This document shows, in pieces, positions 12,900 to 25,680 of a DNA stretch of 64,000 nucleotides (positions are counted from its first letter, which is position 1; the number at the start of each line of letters is the position of its first letter). A model generated the notes under the pieces. The model did not search any database, had not been told where the DNA came from, and worked only from the letters and a program-made list of their open reading frames with translations. Origin of the DNA: Octopus sinensis (taxonomy: Eukaryota); the NCBI RefSeq assembly GCF_006345805.1, contig NC_043023.1:7254001-7318000 (forward strand). The letters are read 5' to 3'. A program made the position numbers and the translations under genes.

Positions 12900-13700
12900 T
12901 TTTATTTGTTTCAGTCTTTATAGACTGATGCCATGCTGGGGCACTGCCTTGAAAGGTTTAGTCAAACAAATTGACTGGCACTTTTTTTTTTTTATAGTCT
13001 AATACTTATTCTGTTAGTCAGTTTTTGTTGAACTGCTAAGTTACAGGGATGTGAACAAACCAGCACTGTCAAACATTGAAGAGAGTAGGTGTACACACGC
13101 ATGTATGTCTTACAACAGGTTTTCATCTACCAAATTCATTCACAAGGCACTGGTTGACCTGGGGCTTTAGTAGGAAATACTTGCCCAAGGTGCCATGAAG
13201 TGGGACTGAACCTGAAACCATGTGGTTGCAATGCAAGCTTCTAAACCACACACCCATCACTGCACCTGAATATATATCTTTTATGTTTTACTCCTTTCAG
13301 TCATTAGACTGGAGCCATGCTGGAGCACTGCCTTGAAGAGTTTTTAGTTGAGTTTAGGCAAGTAAACACACACACACTGGGCTTCTTTCAGTTTCCGACT
13401 ACCAAATCCGCTCAAGGCTTTGGTTGGCCCGAGGCTATAATAAAAGACATTTACCCAAGGTACCACACAGTGGGACTGAACCCAGAGTCATGTGGTTGGG
13501 AAGCAGGCTTCTTACCACACAGATATATGTGTGTACCTTTTACTTGTCTCAGTCATTAGGCCTCAGCCATGCTGGGGCAGTGCCTTGAACGAATTGACCC
13601 CAGGGTTCCTTTCTTTTTTTAAAGCCTGGCACTTATTTTATCAGTTACTTTAACCGAACCATTAAGTTACATGGATGTAAACACACCAACACCAGTTGTC
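12900..13700 (-). mobile_element. Cluster of diverged family-1 SINE copies
   Basis: Recurrent TTTCAGTC...CCATGCTGG(G/A)GCACTGCCTTGAA tails and CTTGCCCAAGGTGCC...GTGGGACTGAACC heads. Confidence 0.75.
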
Positions 13701-14164
13701 TGGTGGTGGTGACGGTGGTGGTGGTGGAGGACAACGCAGGCACAAAGACACACACACTTTGTGTGTGTAAATCATTTGATTTGTGTCAACATGATTTGCA
13801 TCCAATCGCATTATGAACACCCACTGCAAACGATGCAAATAACCACAAAGCTGAAACCTGTGCAGGGAACAAACGGTATAAACTGCATCTTCCTATATAT
13901 ATATATATAGATATACTATCAGATGGCTTTTAAGCTAGCTTCTGTGGAGGGCTCTTCATTGGGTCTTGGGCTCAACGTCATGCATTGAGTACATATTCAA
14001 CTTTATTAAACTTCACCAATATTTTTCAAGCAATGAACAGTTTTCATCAAAACATTTATATAATTTGTCAACTTGGAACTTATTGCAAAGCTGCAAGATA
14101 AACAACATTTTTTTGTCTTCCCCATTCAAGGATCAGTACAATTTTTTTTTCTGACTAACCTCTT

Positions 14165-14204
<40 letters not shown>

Positions 14205-15884
14205 CATTGTTTTCAACCATCACCACCACCGCTGCCATACATGCACCATTCAGACTTTTGATGCCACCACCACCACCACCACCTTTGACTTTGCCACCTC
14301 CCCATCTTCCACCATTACCAATGTCTTTCACAGTGCTTACCATCACCATTGACCCTGACTACTTCAGCCCCCACCTCCGCCTCTATCACAGCTACAGCTC
14401 ATACTTATACTATCACCCCATCACCATCACAACCACCAATCTACAACCATGTTTCTGTCTACTATTACTCTCACCCCAACATGAGCAATAGTAGGAGTGT
14501 CAATGAATAGTGAGGGGGGGGGTCGAAGTGTGACACACTGACACACAAATTAGCTTTCACATTTATTATATTATATTATATATATAGAGATTTTTTTCGC
14601 GGGGGGGGCCCCCTCTCGATTTGTTTGTCTCCACTTCCTCTTCAAATGTCTTCTATCTCTTTCGATCGCCATTAGACTCCCCTTCTCCACCACCCTATAT
14701 GCATATACACCAGCGACTGATTAATAATGGTCCCACTCTTGAATTCAAACTGTTACTGTGAACCTTGGTGGACCCCATACGAAAAATGAATCCAAGCTAA
14801 TCAAAAATTTTTTTAACTTAATTTCATCCCGTACCTGCCTATATCTGTGCAATTGATTTGATATTTTAGTTTAGCCCTGTCTACCTCTATATGTTACGAC
14901 TTGTGTATTTTCAGCCTCACGCCTCGTGTTTTTATATATACATATAATTCTATAGCTCATCTTAATTATATCGTTGTCTCATGTCTTGTGTTAAATATAT
15001 ATTTAATCCTATAGCTCACGTCTCGTTAGATATAGAATAAATGTATTTATAATTTCTAGCTCTTTATCGCTCACGCTTCTCCCATAGATCAGGAAAAATA
15101 CCTCTCTCTCAAATTTAGGTATTTATACCTACTAATAACTATTTCTCTCAAAGAAAGGAATGGCTGCTGGTTTTCACGGTGCACCCACCCTCCCACCACC
15201 CCTTCACTAGATTGCAGAGTGCTTGTCTGTCATCGCATGGCTTATAGACAAATCAGTACAGGCAGCAGTGTCTATACACTAACACACACACTCACACGCA
15301 CATCCGCATATTCTCATAAATGTTAATACACTCCTATATACTCTATCAGGGAACATTCGCACACACATATATACATATTTAAATATATGTCTGCGCACTC
15401 ATACTTACAAATAAAACCTATACTTATATCCACCCATGAATAAATATTTGCATATACATATATACATATCAAAATACGCACCTGCGTACTCATATGTATA
15501 AGAAAAACATACATCCGTACATCCACCTACGAACATATCTATACGCACAAAAACATACATCCGTACACATACACATTTTCACACACCTCGACACCTCCAC
15601 CCACATCCACTAAATCATAAATTAAAATATATGTCTGCCCATCCAAAGACGTATATATACATACACAAAAAGTAAACAGAAGTTACTATTAACTTAGATA
15701 TAAGTTCATTAATTATAAATTGTTTTTCTTATACATATGTGGGCAATAAAGAAATAGGAATAATAGCTCTCCCTAGACACAATAAAATATTCTGTGTGTT
15801 TGTATTTATACTCCCTTTTCATTATATGAAAACCCCTACACTTTGTTTCTTTGTATTGTCTCCGTTAACCTCTGCCCTGGTGGC

Positions 15885-16125
15885 AAATAGATCCTTATTA
15901 AGGTGGTCAGTTGACAGAATCGTTAACACCAGGTGAAGTGCTTAGCGACATTTTGTTCATCTTTGCATTCTGAGTTCAAATTCCACCAGGGTTAACTTGG
16001 TTTTTCATCGTTTCAGCATCAATAGAATAATTACCTGTTGAACACTGGTGGGGTCGATGTAATTGACTGTCTCCGTCCCCCAAATTTCAAGCCATTTGCC
16101 TGTAATAAAAATGTCTATTATTATT
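15885..16125 (+). mobile_element. Diverged tRNA-related SINE, family 2
   Basis: GACAGAATCGTTAAC...TTCTGAGTTCAAATTCCACC (B-box-like). Related pieces lie at ~43430-43530 and ~61945-62150. Confidence 0.6.
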
Positions 16126-16134
16126 ATTATCAAC

Positions 16135-16540
16135 TTTTTCAAGTTTCACTTGAAAAGGAAGATGAGAGTAGAGGGAAGTGCTGTCTCGTGGCAAATTTAT
16201 TGAAAGGTGGGTAAATGTCGCAAGAATGGCCAGTATAAATGGACCAATTCTGAGGATACACCTGTAAAAAAAAAAAAAAAAAAGGTAGTATAAAAGGAGA
16301 AAAGGACTCTCTACCCCCCTTTTGACCAGGTTCTCGTGGCTTTTATGGGTTTTTCCATGAGTAACCTTTCAAAGCGCCTCTCCCTTTTGGGGGTTTTTAC
16401 TTGTTATATTTTCATTGTTATCTTGCATTTTTGCACGGACTTTACAAACGGACAAAACCCTTTTTGTAACTTTCGTCCTGTGTTTTGTCCCTTTATGTTT
16501 TAATTGATTTTAGTTAGCCAATATTGTGGCCAATAAACGA
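16135..16540 (+). mobile_element. 3' end of an L1/Tx1-type LINE (ORF2 C-terminus, 3' UTR, simple-repeat tail)
   Basis: Translates KFHLKRKMRVE/EVLSRGKFIERWVNVARMASINGPILRIHL*. A T-rich UTR follows, ending AATAAACGAA plus an (ATT/ACT)n tail. Family assignment is from recalled similarity only. Confidence 0.55.
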
Positions 16541-17143
16541 ATTAATTATTATTATTACTACTATTACTACTACTACTATTGCTATTATTATTATTACTAC
16601 TACTACTATTGCTATTATTATTATTATTATTATTATTATTACTACTATTATTATTATTATTATTACATTCTTGTCATTTCAGAAACTGCCAGTGACTCCT
16701 TCTTTCTGACCCTGAAAGATTTCCTCAACCAAATTGCAGTCCCTGCTGTCGGAGCCCAAAGTGCCACTTGTTATCTTTCTGTGTGATAACGGAATGTTCC
16801 AGAAGGGAACAGGTAGTCCTGTCTTGTCTCATATGTAAGACTAAACAGCCTGATTCACATCTCTTTTTTTTTGTTCCCTCCACCATCTTCAAAAAGTTTT
16901 TGTCTCCTTCCTTGACAGTCTTAATATTTTGAGCTCATGTTCTCCTATTCACACTCCAGGGTTTTGGAGACTTGGCGCAGTAAATGAGGAGATAATGGTT
17001 TGTGCACTTAGAGAGAGGCTAGTAATCTCACTGTCTACTTGTATGTATATATGTGTTTGTGTGTGTGTGTGTGTGTGTGTATATTCTTGCATCACTTCAC
17101 TGCCATATGTATGTATGTATGTGTGTGTGTATATATATATATT

Positions 17144-17202
17144 ATTATTAAAATTATAACTTAAGGTATCTCGTAGATACCCTAAGTTATAATTTTAATA
17201 AT
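17144..17202. repeat. Short hairpin, 28-bp arms
   Basis: ATTATTAAAATTATAACTTAAGGTATCT-cgt-AGATACCCTAAGTTATAATTTTAATAAT. Confidence 0.85.
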
Positions 17203-17300
17203 AATTATTACCTTTGAAGGTTTTTATTTCCATGCTGGCCACTTGATAAGATCATTATTTAATTTAAATTAACGATCTTATCCTTATATATATATATATA

Positions 17301-17579
17301 TATATATTAAGTTAGAGATAAAACCACTATTAGGCAAATCAAACAGTGAAAAACATAAACCAAAATATAGAAATAAAGTTAATATAATATACAAAATATA
17401 TAAAATTCAAAATTTAAATTATTTAAATTTGAAGTAAAAATTTAAATTTAAATAATTTAAATTTTGAATTTTATATTTTATATATTTTGTATATTATATT
17501 AATTTTATTTCTACGTTTTGGTTTATGTTTTTCAGTTTGATTTGCCTAATAGTGGTTTTATCTCTAATTTAATATATAT
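17301..17579. repeat. AT-rich fold-back palindrome (~130-bp arms)
   Basis: TTAGAGATAAAACCACTATTAGGCAAATCAAAC... is mirrored by ...GTTTGATTTGCCTAATAGTGGTTTTATCTCTAA. Confidence 0.85.
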
Positions 17580-17650
17580 TTATACTGTAAAATTAGATTT
17601 AATCTTAAATCTAATTTTTCCCTGTAAGTTTGGATTTACTCCCTAACATT

Positions 17651-17698
<48 letters not shown>

Positions 17699-17704
17699 TA
17701 TAGG

Positions 17705-18230
17705 TTTTCTTTCCCATCCCAGTTTCGAAAAAACCAGATATTTTGATGTGGTGTGAAAGAAAGAAAGTTGTAAATATAGTCGAGCTAACGGTTCCTCATG
17801 AAGATAATATGGACGCCACTCGAGCTCGAAAATTAAACTGTTATGAAAACCTCCTCGAGGAATTGAAGACGCAGGCTGGAAAGCGGAACATTTTCCTATC
17901 GAAGTCGAATGTAGAGGGTTTGTAGGACACAGCGTGAGACGACTGTTGTTATCGCTAGGCCTAACTCATCGTAAAGTCAATACCACCATGACTGATATCC
18001 AATCTACAGTGGAGAAGGCTAGCCACTGGATTTGGTTAAAAAGAGACGATGAGCGATGGCTAGAAGTATATTGAGTTCTTCATAACCAGCTGATCTAGCC
18101 AGTGGGGCCTCATATCAGTGAGGGGGGCCGGTGCGCATTGATGCCGTCGAGAGGTAGGCCCCGAAACGGCCCGCATTCTCTCCTGATGACCCCATACACT
18201 TGCTAGCTTCCGGTATACAGAGCTTTTAAC
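17705..18230 (+). mobile_element. HERO/NeSL-like LINE 3' end: restriction-like endonuclease and GC-rich 3' UTR
   Basis: KPDILMW...VNIVELTVPHEDN...RK...Y / PIEVECRGFVG...EKASHWIWLKR is a PD-(D/E)xK-type RLE signature. Confidence 0.75.
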
Positions 18231-18286
18231 TGGTAGCACTTGCATGTACAAGTGGTTTGCAAGATATCAAATTTCGCAATATAAAC

Positions 18287-18548
18287 ATATAAATTAGAGT
18301 AAAAAGCCACTATTATGCAATTCAAACAATGATAGACATAAACCAAATCATAAATAAAAAAATAAAATTTATTTTTATAAAACATAACTAGATCACAAAA
18401 ACGTACGTATTTTTTTTATTCATTTTTATACTTTTTGTGATCTAGTTATATGTTTTATAAAAATATATTTTATTTTTTATTTACGATTTCGTTTATGTCT
18501 ATCATTGTTTGAATTGCATAATAGTGGGTTTTTCTTTAATTTACATAT
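18287..18548. repeat. AT-rich fold-back palindrome related to 17301-17579
   Basis: Arm motif CCACTATTATGCAATTCAAACAATGATAGACATAAAC is mirrored at ~18490-18527. Confidence 0.85.
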
Positions 18549-18754
18549 TAAAAGTAGACGAAACAGGGACACCTGAAGAAGGAGAATATTCCTCATGGTG
18601 TATGTGTTATACTCTGTTTTTTCGTTGTTTGAAAAAAAGTTCATTTCCACACTTTTGTTTTTTTTTATGTCCTGTACCCATATATGCATGTATATATATA
18701 TACATATAGATGTAGGTATGTACATATATGTATGTATATATGCATTTATTTATA

Positions 18755-19864
18755 CAGTCAACCCTCGCTACTATGCCACCCTGCAGGACTGAGCCAAGGT
18801 GGCATAGTACCGAGGGTCTGTTATCTAAACGCTACATAACCAAAAATTTACTGAACATACGAATAAAAATTCATAGGGTAGGAAGTAAGGCCAATAAGAA
18901 GTTCAATGCAATGGTAAAAAGAAGACATCCAAGTTTATTAAGTTCAGATTGCTTTTAGTTAATCCCGAAGCTCTCAAAAATTGTCGGCTGACGCATCTTC
19001 TTTCGGCGGATATCATTCATTTCGTTGTCTAGCCTATCACACGCCTGCATGACGCTGGGTTTTCCGCTGCTCTGCTGCTGCATAAACTTTCGGATAGTGC
19101 TCCATGCTCTCTGGGCATCTGCAAACGAAACGTATTCCTTTTCCACAATTACATCGTCGTCTTCACTTTCCACCGGCTCTTCGTTATACATTACCTCCTT
19201 TGCTATTTCTTCTAGAGTGAAACATGTCGGACAATACAAGGGACGGTAAATTGTATCAGATATTACTAATGATACGAGGGGCCCGACTATAACGTTTTTC
19301 GCAGCATCGATAATCTCCTTCTTTTCCTTCAGCGTAAACTCAGTCCGCTTGCGTTTCTGAGCTGACATTGTATGCTACTTTCTGAACTTTTCCACAAGAT
19401 TACAAATACGAAATGTACAAAATGTAGGAGTACAAAATTTCGAAAAGTTGCGTGCGCTTCAGTTTACAAGTGACATAGTAGCGAGAGCTGAGGGTGGCAT
19501 AGTAAAAATTTGTTGTTTATTATTTGGCCGGGACCACGCAAAACTGGCATAGTAGCGAGAGTTGAGGGTGGCATAGTAAAAATTTGTTGTTTATTATTTG
19601 GCCGGGACCACGCAAAACTGGCATAGTAGCGAGAGTTGAGGGTGGCATAGTAAAAATTTGTTGTTTATTATTTGGCCGGGACCACGCAAAAACTGGCTAG
19701 TAGCGAGAGTTGAGGGTGGCATAGTAAAAATTTGTTGTTTATTATTTGGCCGGGACCACGCAAAACTGGCATAGTAGCGAGAGTTGAGGGTGGGATAGTA
19801 AAAATTTGTTGTTTATTATTTGGCCGGGACAACGCAAAACTGGCATAGTAGCGAGAGTTGACTG
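18755..19864 (-). mobile_element. Tigger/pogo-type internally deleted DNA transposon
   Basis: TA TSDs and TIRs CAGTCAACCCTCGCTACTATGCCA / TGGCATAGTAGCGAGAGTTGACTG. ORF 18955-19368 begins with the CENP-B-type HTH start KRKRTEFTLKEKKEIIDAAK fused to a C-terminal piece, with no DDD core. Confidence 0.88.
19472..19864. repeat. 74-bp tandem repeat (~5.3 copies) made of the Tigger TIR and subterminal sequence
   Basis: GGCATAGTAGCGAGAGTTGAGGG...CACGCAAAACT recurs at 19546, 19620, ~19695, ~19769 and ~19842. Confidence 0.9.
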
Positions 19865-19899
19865 TATATTATTTATGTTATTATTATTATTATTATATA

Positions 19900-20035
19900 G
19901 GCGCAGGAGTGGCTGTGTGGTAAGTAGCTTGTTTACCAACCACATGATTCTGGGTTCAGTCCTACTGCGTGGCACCTTGGGCAAGTGTCTTCCTCTATAG
20001 CCTCGGGCTGACCAAAGCCTTGTGAATGGATTTGT
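19900..20035 (+). mobile_element. Family-1 tRNA-derived SINE, 5' part
   Basis: A-box-like GTGGCTGTGTGGTAAG, B-box-like GGGTTCAGTCC, then GTGGCACCTTGGGCAAGTG. Confidence 0.8.
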
Positions 20036-20048
20036 ATGTACATATGTG

Positions 20049-20115
<67 letters not shown>

Positions 20116-20146
20116 ATATATATATAAGTATGTATATATATATGTA

Positions 20147-20192
<46 letters not shown>

Positions 20193-20227
20193 AATATATA
20201 TATAATATATATATTATATATATATAT

Positions 20228-21053
<826 letters not shown>

Positions 21054-21200
21054 GTATATATATATATGTGTGTGTGAAATATACAGATATGCACACAAAC
21101 ATACGCAAATAAAGTATACATGTGTGTGTATATATTATCATTCAACATCCATCTTCTATGCATGCAAATACACACATGTATACACTCATGTATATATATA

Positions 21201-22486
21201 CAGGGTGAGGAAGCAAAATTTACAATATTTTGAGGCAGGGATTGAAAGACAGTGTATGACCAATTATTTTATTGAAAGTTATGAGAATTTATTTGCCACA
21301 AGAAAATTTACATAATAGAAAATGTTTTTATTCTATGTGTCCTCCTTCTTTCTCAATAACTGCCTTCACACACTTCCTGAAACTTGTACAAGTGTTCCTC
21401 AAATATTCGGGAGACAACTTCTCCCATTCTTCTGTAATAGTATCTTTAAGAGAGTCGACATTGCTGCGTGATATTCTATTGGTAGCATGTTCTAAAACGC
21501 CCCAAATAGCATAATCTGAGGGTTTAGATCTGGGCTAGAAGGCGGCCATAAACATGATTCCAAAAAATTGCTAAAGTTGGATTTGCAGAAATCTTGTATT
21601 TTCTGGCTGTGTGGGCTGGAGCACCTCCTGTGTCCATACATAAATACCATCTGGGTAGTTTGCTTTAAGCCATGGCAATACCTGGTGTCTCAGAGTCTTG
21701 TAGTAAGTATTAACATTGATCTTTTCATCAGCTTTGTAGAATTTTCTTCGCACTTTCTTTCTATCGGAAGCCACAACACCAAAAGCCATAACTTGAGTAG
21801 GATGTTTTGTTTTGAATGTCCACTTAACCTCAGCTGTTGATTTTGCAATAAATCTGTCATTTCTGTGGTTCAGAACAGCATTGACACTGAAGATCTTTTC
21901 ATCTGAAAAGATCGTTACAATGGAGGACTTATTGTTGAACCATGTTATAATGTTCTTGCACCTCTCCAATCTCTTTTCCTTCATAGCTGTTGTCAACAAT
22001 GTTTTGGTGTTCTTGTATAAGATTTTAACCTCAAATCATATTTTACTGCATTTCTAATGGTCTTGTTGTCTACCTCAAGTTCAATTGCCATTTTCCTCGT
22101 GGATTTGGTTGGATCCTTTAGGATTTTGGATTTGAGAGCTTTAATAAAAGCTTTAGTAAGTTTTTGTTGATTCCTCTACTTCCAGACCTCTTCGTAATAG
22201 TTTTACTCATAGTCATTATATTCTTTACATTATAAACAGTCTTTATGGACACTCCAACTATTCTTGAAATCTCTTTTGGTGTGACGAGTGCATTCAGCAA
22301 ATCACACACTCTTTGACATTTACTTTCCTGATTACTCATTTGGGCAAAAGTTTCTGAAAAGGTAAGGATAATAGTGTTAGGTATGATTACGACATCAATA
22401 TATGCTAGGTTTCAAAACAATTGACTTAGTGCCTACAGAGAAAAAAACAACTTAACGTTCATTGTAAATTTTGCTTCCCCACCCTG
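21201..22486 (-). mobile_element. Full-length decayed Tc1/mariner element, maT (DD37D)-like
   Basis: 26-bp TIRs CAGGGTG(A/G)GGAAGCAAAATTTACAAT with TA TSDs. Transposase pieces include an N-terminal HTH (22118-22339), IFSDEKIF, KHPTQVMAFGVV, VWTQ and SPDLNPSDYAIWGVLE. It is frameshifted. Confidence 0.9.
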
Positions 22487-22999
22487 TAGCTGTGGCTTTT
22501 TCTGCTTTAATGAATTCAAGGAGCTTCTCCTTTGCGTTTATTTGGTAAGAATTCTTTTGAGTGTCATCTTCTGAATTTTTTTATTATCGTTTAAGAAAAA
22601 CGATTCTTATACATCCGATAGATTCTGGTACTTCTTACAGGACTTGTACTGGTTGACGTAAGGTTTGGTCCTCTTGTAAGATTTGTATCTGAATATCTTT
22701 AAAAAAGTTACGAGGGATGGCTACAAAGCTGAGTATGGAAAGGATTACTATGACATAAATGGGTTTACTGACCCCTAATGAACCCATTTTAAAAAACTTC
22801 AGTTGCCGTTTATTCATCTGCAGTGAATATGCTGCTTCCTGGTGTGTTAAATCCAAAATCTGATAAGGTTTGCAGCTCTTATCCTGTTACATTCAATTAT
22901 GTCGAAAGGAAAACCAAAACTTCGACTATCTTCAACAGCAATAAATAATATTTCATTTTGGTCTGGATTCGCAAATAAAAATATATACACATATATTTT

Positions 23000-24240
23000 T
23001 CTTCAGGGCGAACCAGTAGCCAAGGCCATAAAACTATTCACAATAGTTAACTTGTGTGAGCCAAAAATGCTGTCTCCGTTCCTTAATCCAGAAGAGTTCA
23101 GGTGAAAGAGTTTTGCAAGTTTTGATGGGAGGGAATCAACCTCAGCATCTCTGCGAAAAGGGTAGCGCATGAATGTCGCAACCGGCTCAAATAGAGCAAA
23201 GTCTTGAAAGCGTTGTCCCTCCCTTACGGAGACCCTATTGGGCAAACTTTCGAGTGTTTGGTTGTCCACTTGGACAACCATCTCTAAACTCTGGCCCCTC
23301 CAGTTTGTGGCTTCCTTCATCCTGATGCTTAGGATTGTGGTCTTTCCTTCCACGTCGTATATTACTGCCGATGCTGCCCACATCACATCATACCCAGCCG
23401 GTATATCTTCTACAGTAACTTTAGCCGTTCGTCAACCCAAGTATGTGGGCAGCAACATGATTTCATCGTTTTTTAGGGTTTGCGTTGGAATCTCTTTTGC
23501 CATCGTGGTGACGTCTTATATGGAGTGCCGAAACAGCTTGTGGTGTATGCGAGAGATACGAAATAAAGGCACCTACCTTCTCTTCGCTCAGATGGAGACC
23601 CTTCAGCGGTAATGGATCCTTCAACACAGCCCGACCCGAACGCTAGAGATAGCAGCTGCTTCTCCCAACCTTAATGTGCTGACGCCGTTTTACCTGCTCG
23701 GCGACCTGCCTCGAAAAGGCAGAATCCTGCCCTCGCTTTGCGCACGTCACTGCTGCCCCTTCTACAATAACTTTAGCCGTTTGTCGACCTAAATATGTGG
23801 GCAGCAACATGATTTCATCGTTTTTTAGGGTTTGCGTTGGAATCTCTTTGCTATGTCAACTAGCTCGAAATGTGCTTCGACTGTAGCACTTCTCACACCT
23901 CGTCTAACGTAGCGTACCTTATTCCATATGAGAGCCATGCATTGCTCCACCACTTCATTCTTCACCTCGGCAATTCTTTTCTCCTTGATGTTAAAAACTT
24001 TACATATCACTGTCTTTTCTCTTATTGCTTGTACTGTTTCCGGGGGCGGTACCAACTTGGTCTCTTCACCATTTTTTACAATTATTTTTCTGAACTGGAA
24101 GAGCTTGTCCATTGTTACTTCCAGTTCAATGAGGTGGCCACCTATGGCTGCCGAAAAGCTTTGTTTAGTGTTGTTATCCTTTACAATTCCTTTGCTGTTT
24201 CTACTGTTATTACTTGTTCCCACCTCGGGGAAAATCATTT
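23000..24240 (-). mobile_element. Decayed L1/Tx1-type ORF1, subfamily B, with ~100-bp internal duplication around a ~240-bp insert
   Basis: ORFs 23825-24238 and 23003-23386 are homologous to 25844-26185 (TVICKVFN.KEK ... EIMLLPTYLG.RTAKV). 23430-23515 is repeated at 23765-23850. Confidence 0.65.
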
Positions 24241-24399
24241 TTTGAAGCGAGGTCGCACTCCATGATAATACAAAAACTTCTCACCAATGACAAGAAATAA
24301 CCTCCACAAATTCAGAAATGTTCCGCCCCATAGGCAATGTCCCATTTTTCTTTTATTTTTCTTTCCATGTACCACGGGAAGGTGGAGTTCCTCCGCCTT

Positions 24400-24800
24400 A
24401 TCCAGAAGTACTTCCCTCCCTCCCCGTAGCCTCAGGATCCTATGGTGGGCAACAATGGCTGCCCACCTTATTCCTTTTACGGGCCCCTTTTTGACAAGGT
24501 TTCCAACTCCTCCACCATCTCCATCTCTCCCTCCAGATGGGCTGGGGTCAATTCCTCTTCAACCAACCTTTCCAGGACCCTACTCTGGTTCTGAGGACAG
24601 TTCTTCATTATGTGGCCTGGTTCCAGGCACGGCTAACACTTGGGTGTGGGGGGACATCTCTCAAGAATCACCGGGTACCTTGTCCCAGCCATTCTTAGAA
24701 AATCTGGGAGCACCAGATTTTTTGCTGATTGAGTCCCCAGGCTCAAAACAGCTCTTGACATTAATGGTTTGGGTCCGCTGCCACCCAGACCCCAGCGGAT
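24400..24800 (-). mobile_element. ORF1 3' half, subfamily A, with zinc knuckle
   Basis: Manual translation DFLRMAGTRYPVILERCPPTPKC*PCLEPGHIMKNCPQ matches copies at 26549-27520 and 28400-29241. Confidence 0.7.
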
Positions 24801-24829
24801 AGTCTCCTAACTAAGATACCTACTGCAAT

Positions 24830-25190
24830 GGTATTTCCTGTGCATGAACTTGAATTCGTCGATCTCTACAAAATTCATGTAAATATTTTGGAAGAAAATT
24901 CTGGAACGTTCCATGCATCCTCCGAAAATTTGATTTCACGTGACACCACATCCCTTCCTGGCAGAACATGGCGAGTAATAATAGGCAACAGTGTTGCTGC
25001 ACTTCTGTTTTCCACAGGAACTAAACACATCTCAAACTTTCCCATTCCACCATTCCAAGAACCTAGTGCCCTTCTCGACGACTACCGCAATGGTATTTCC
25101 TGTGCATAAACTTGAATTTGTCGATCTCTACATATTCCAGTGTTTCAGCAGCACATTGAAGAACCTGGTACACTGCCGGGACATGCCAGC
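24830..25190 (-). mobile_element. Merlin (IS1595/ISXO2-like) transposase fragments, deleted and partly duplicated
   Basis: VEID(K/E)FKFMHRKYHCG.RREGH*VLGMVE, VPVENRSAATLLPIITRHVLPG and GMWCHVKSNFRRMHGT...YLHEF. The VEIDxFKFMHRKYHC segment occurs twice. Confidence 0.75.
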
Positions 25191-25259
25191 AGTGTACCAC
25201 TAACCGCTGGCAATGTCCTGTTCGATTTTTTTTCTTTTCCTTCCCCTGTGTTACGGGAG

Positions 25260-25680
25260 GATGGAGTTCTTCCGTTTTATCCGGAATGTCTTCCCTCCCT
25301 CCCGCAGCCCATTCTGATGCCAGTTCGCGAAAACGCTGGCCAGTATGGGCCCGAACAAGTCTGGCATACTTTTATATAGTTTGTAGGGTAAACCATCAAG
25401 TCCCGGCGCCTTAAATCTGCCACAGTCAGTTATGGCCTCAGTCACCTCCTCAGGCGTGATTGACCCTTCACAGCTCTCCACATCCTGCTCCGAGAGGCAC
25501 GGCAGCCCGGCAAGGAGGTCCGTAAGGTCCACCCTCTCATCCAGTCCACCATCACCCTCGAAAAGCTGGGCGAAGTGCTCCTGAAAAGTCCGACACATCT
25601 CCTCGGATTCGTTTACCAAATCGCCCTTCTTGTTCATCACAGACTTAATTGTGGAATCGTTTCCACCTTGGCGACCCTCT
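25260..25680 (-). mobile_element. L1/Tx1 ORF2 pre-RT fragment fused to ORF1
   Basis: FQEHFAQLF...EGSITPEEVTEAI...KAPGLDGLPYKLYK is the L1-clade region just upstream of the RT core. Confidence 0.8.

Noticed and set aside
14207-14500. Thr/Pro/His-rich ORFs
   Set aside because: Low-complexity CAC/ACC sequence; no single frame stays open with credible splice sites.
16683-16813. AG...GT-bounded exon candidate
   Set aside because: All three + frames contain stops and no protein similarity was recognisable.
18555-18600. GACGAAAC...CTGAAGA hammerhead-like words
   Set aside because: The spacing leaves no room for stems I/III and no GAAA follows the putative stem II.
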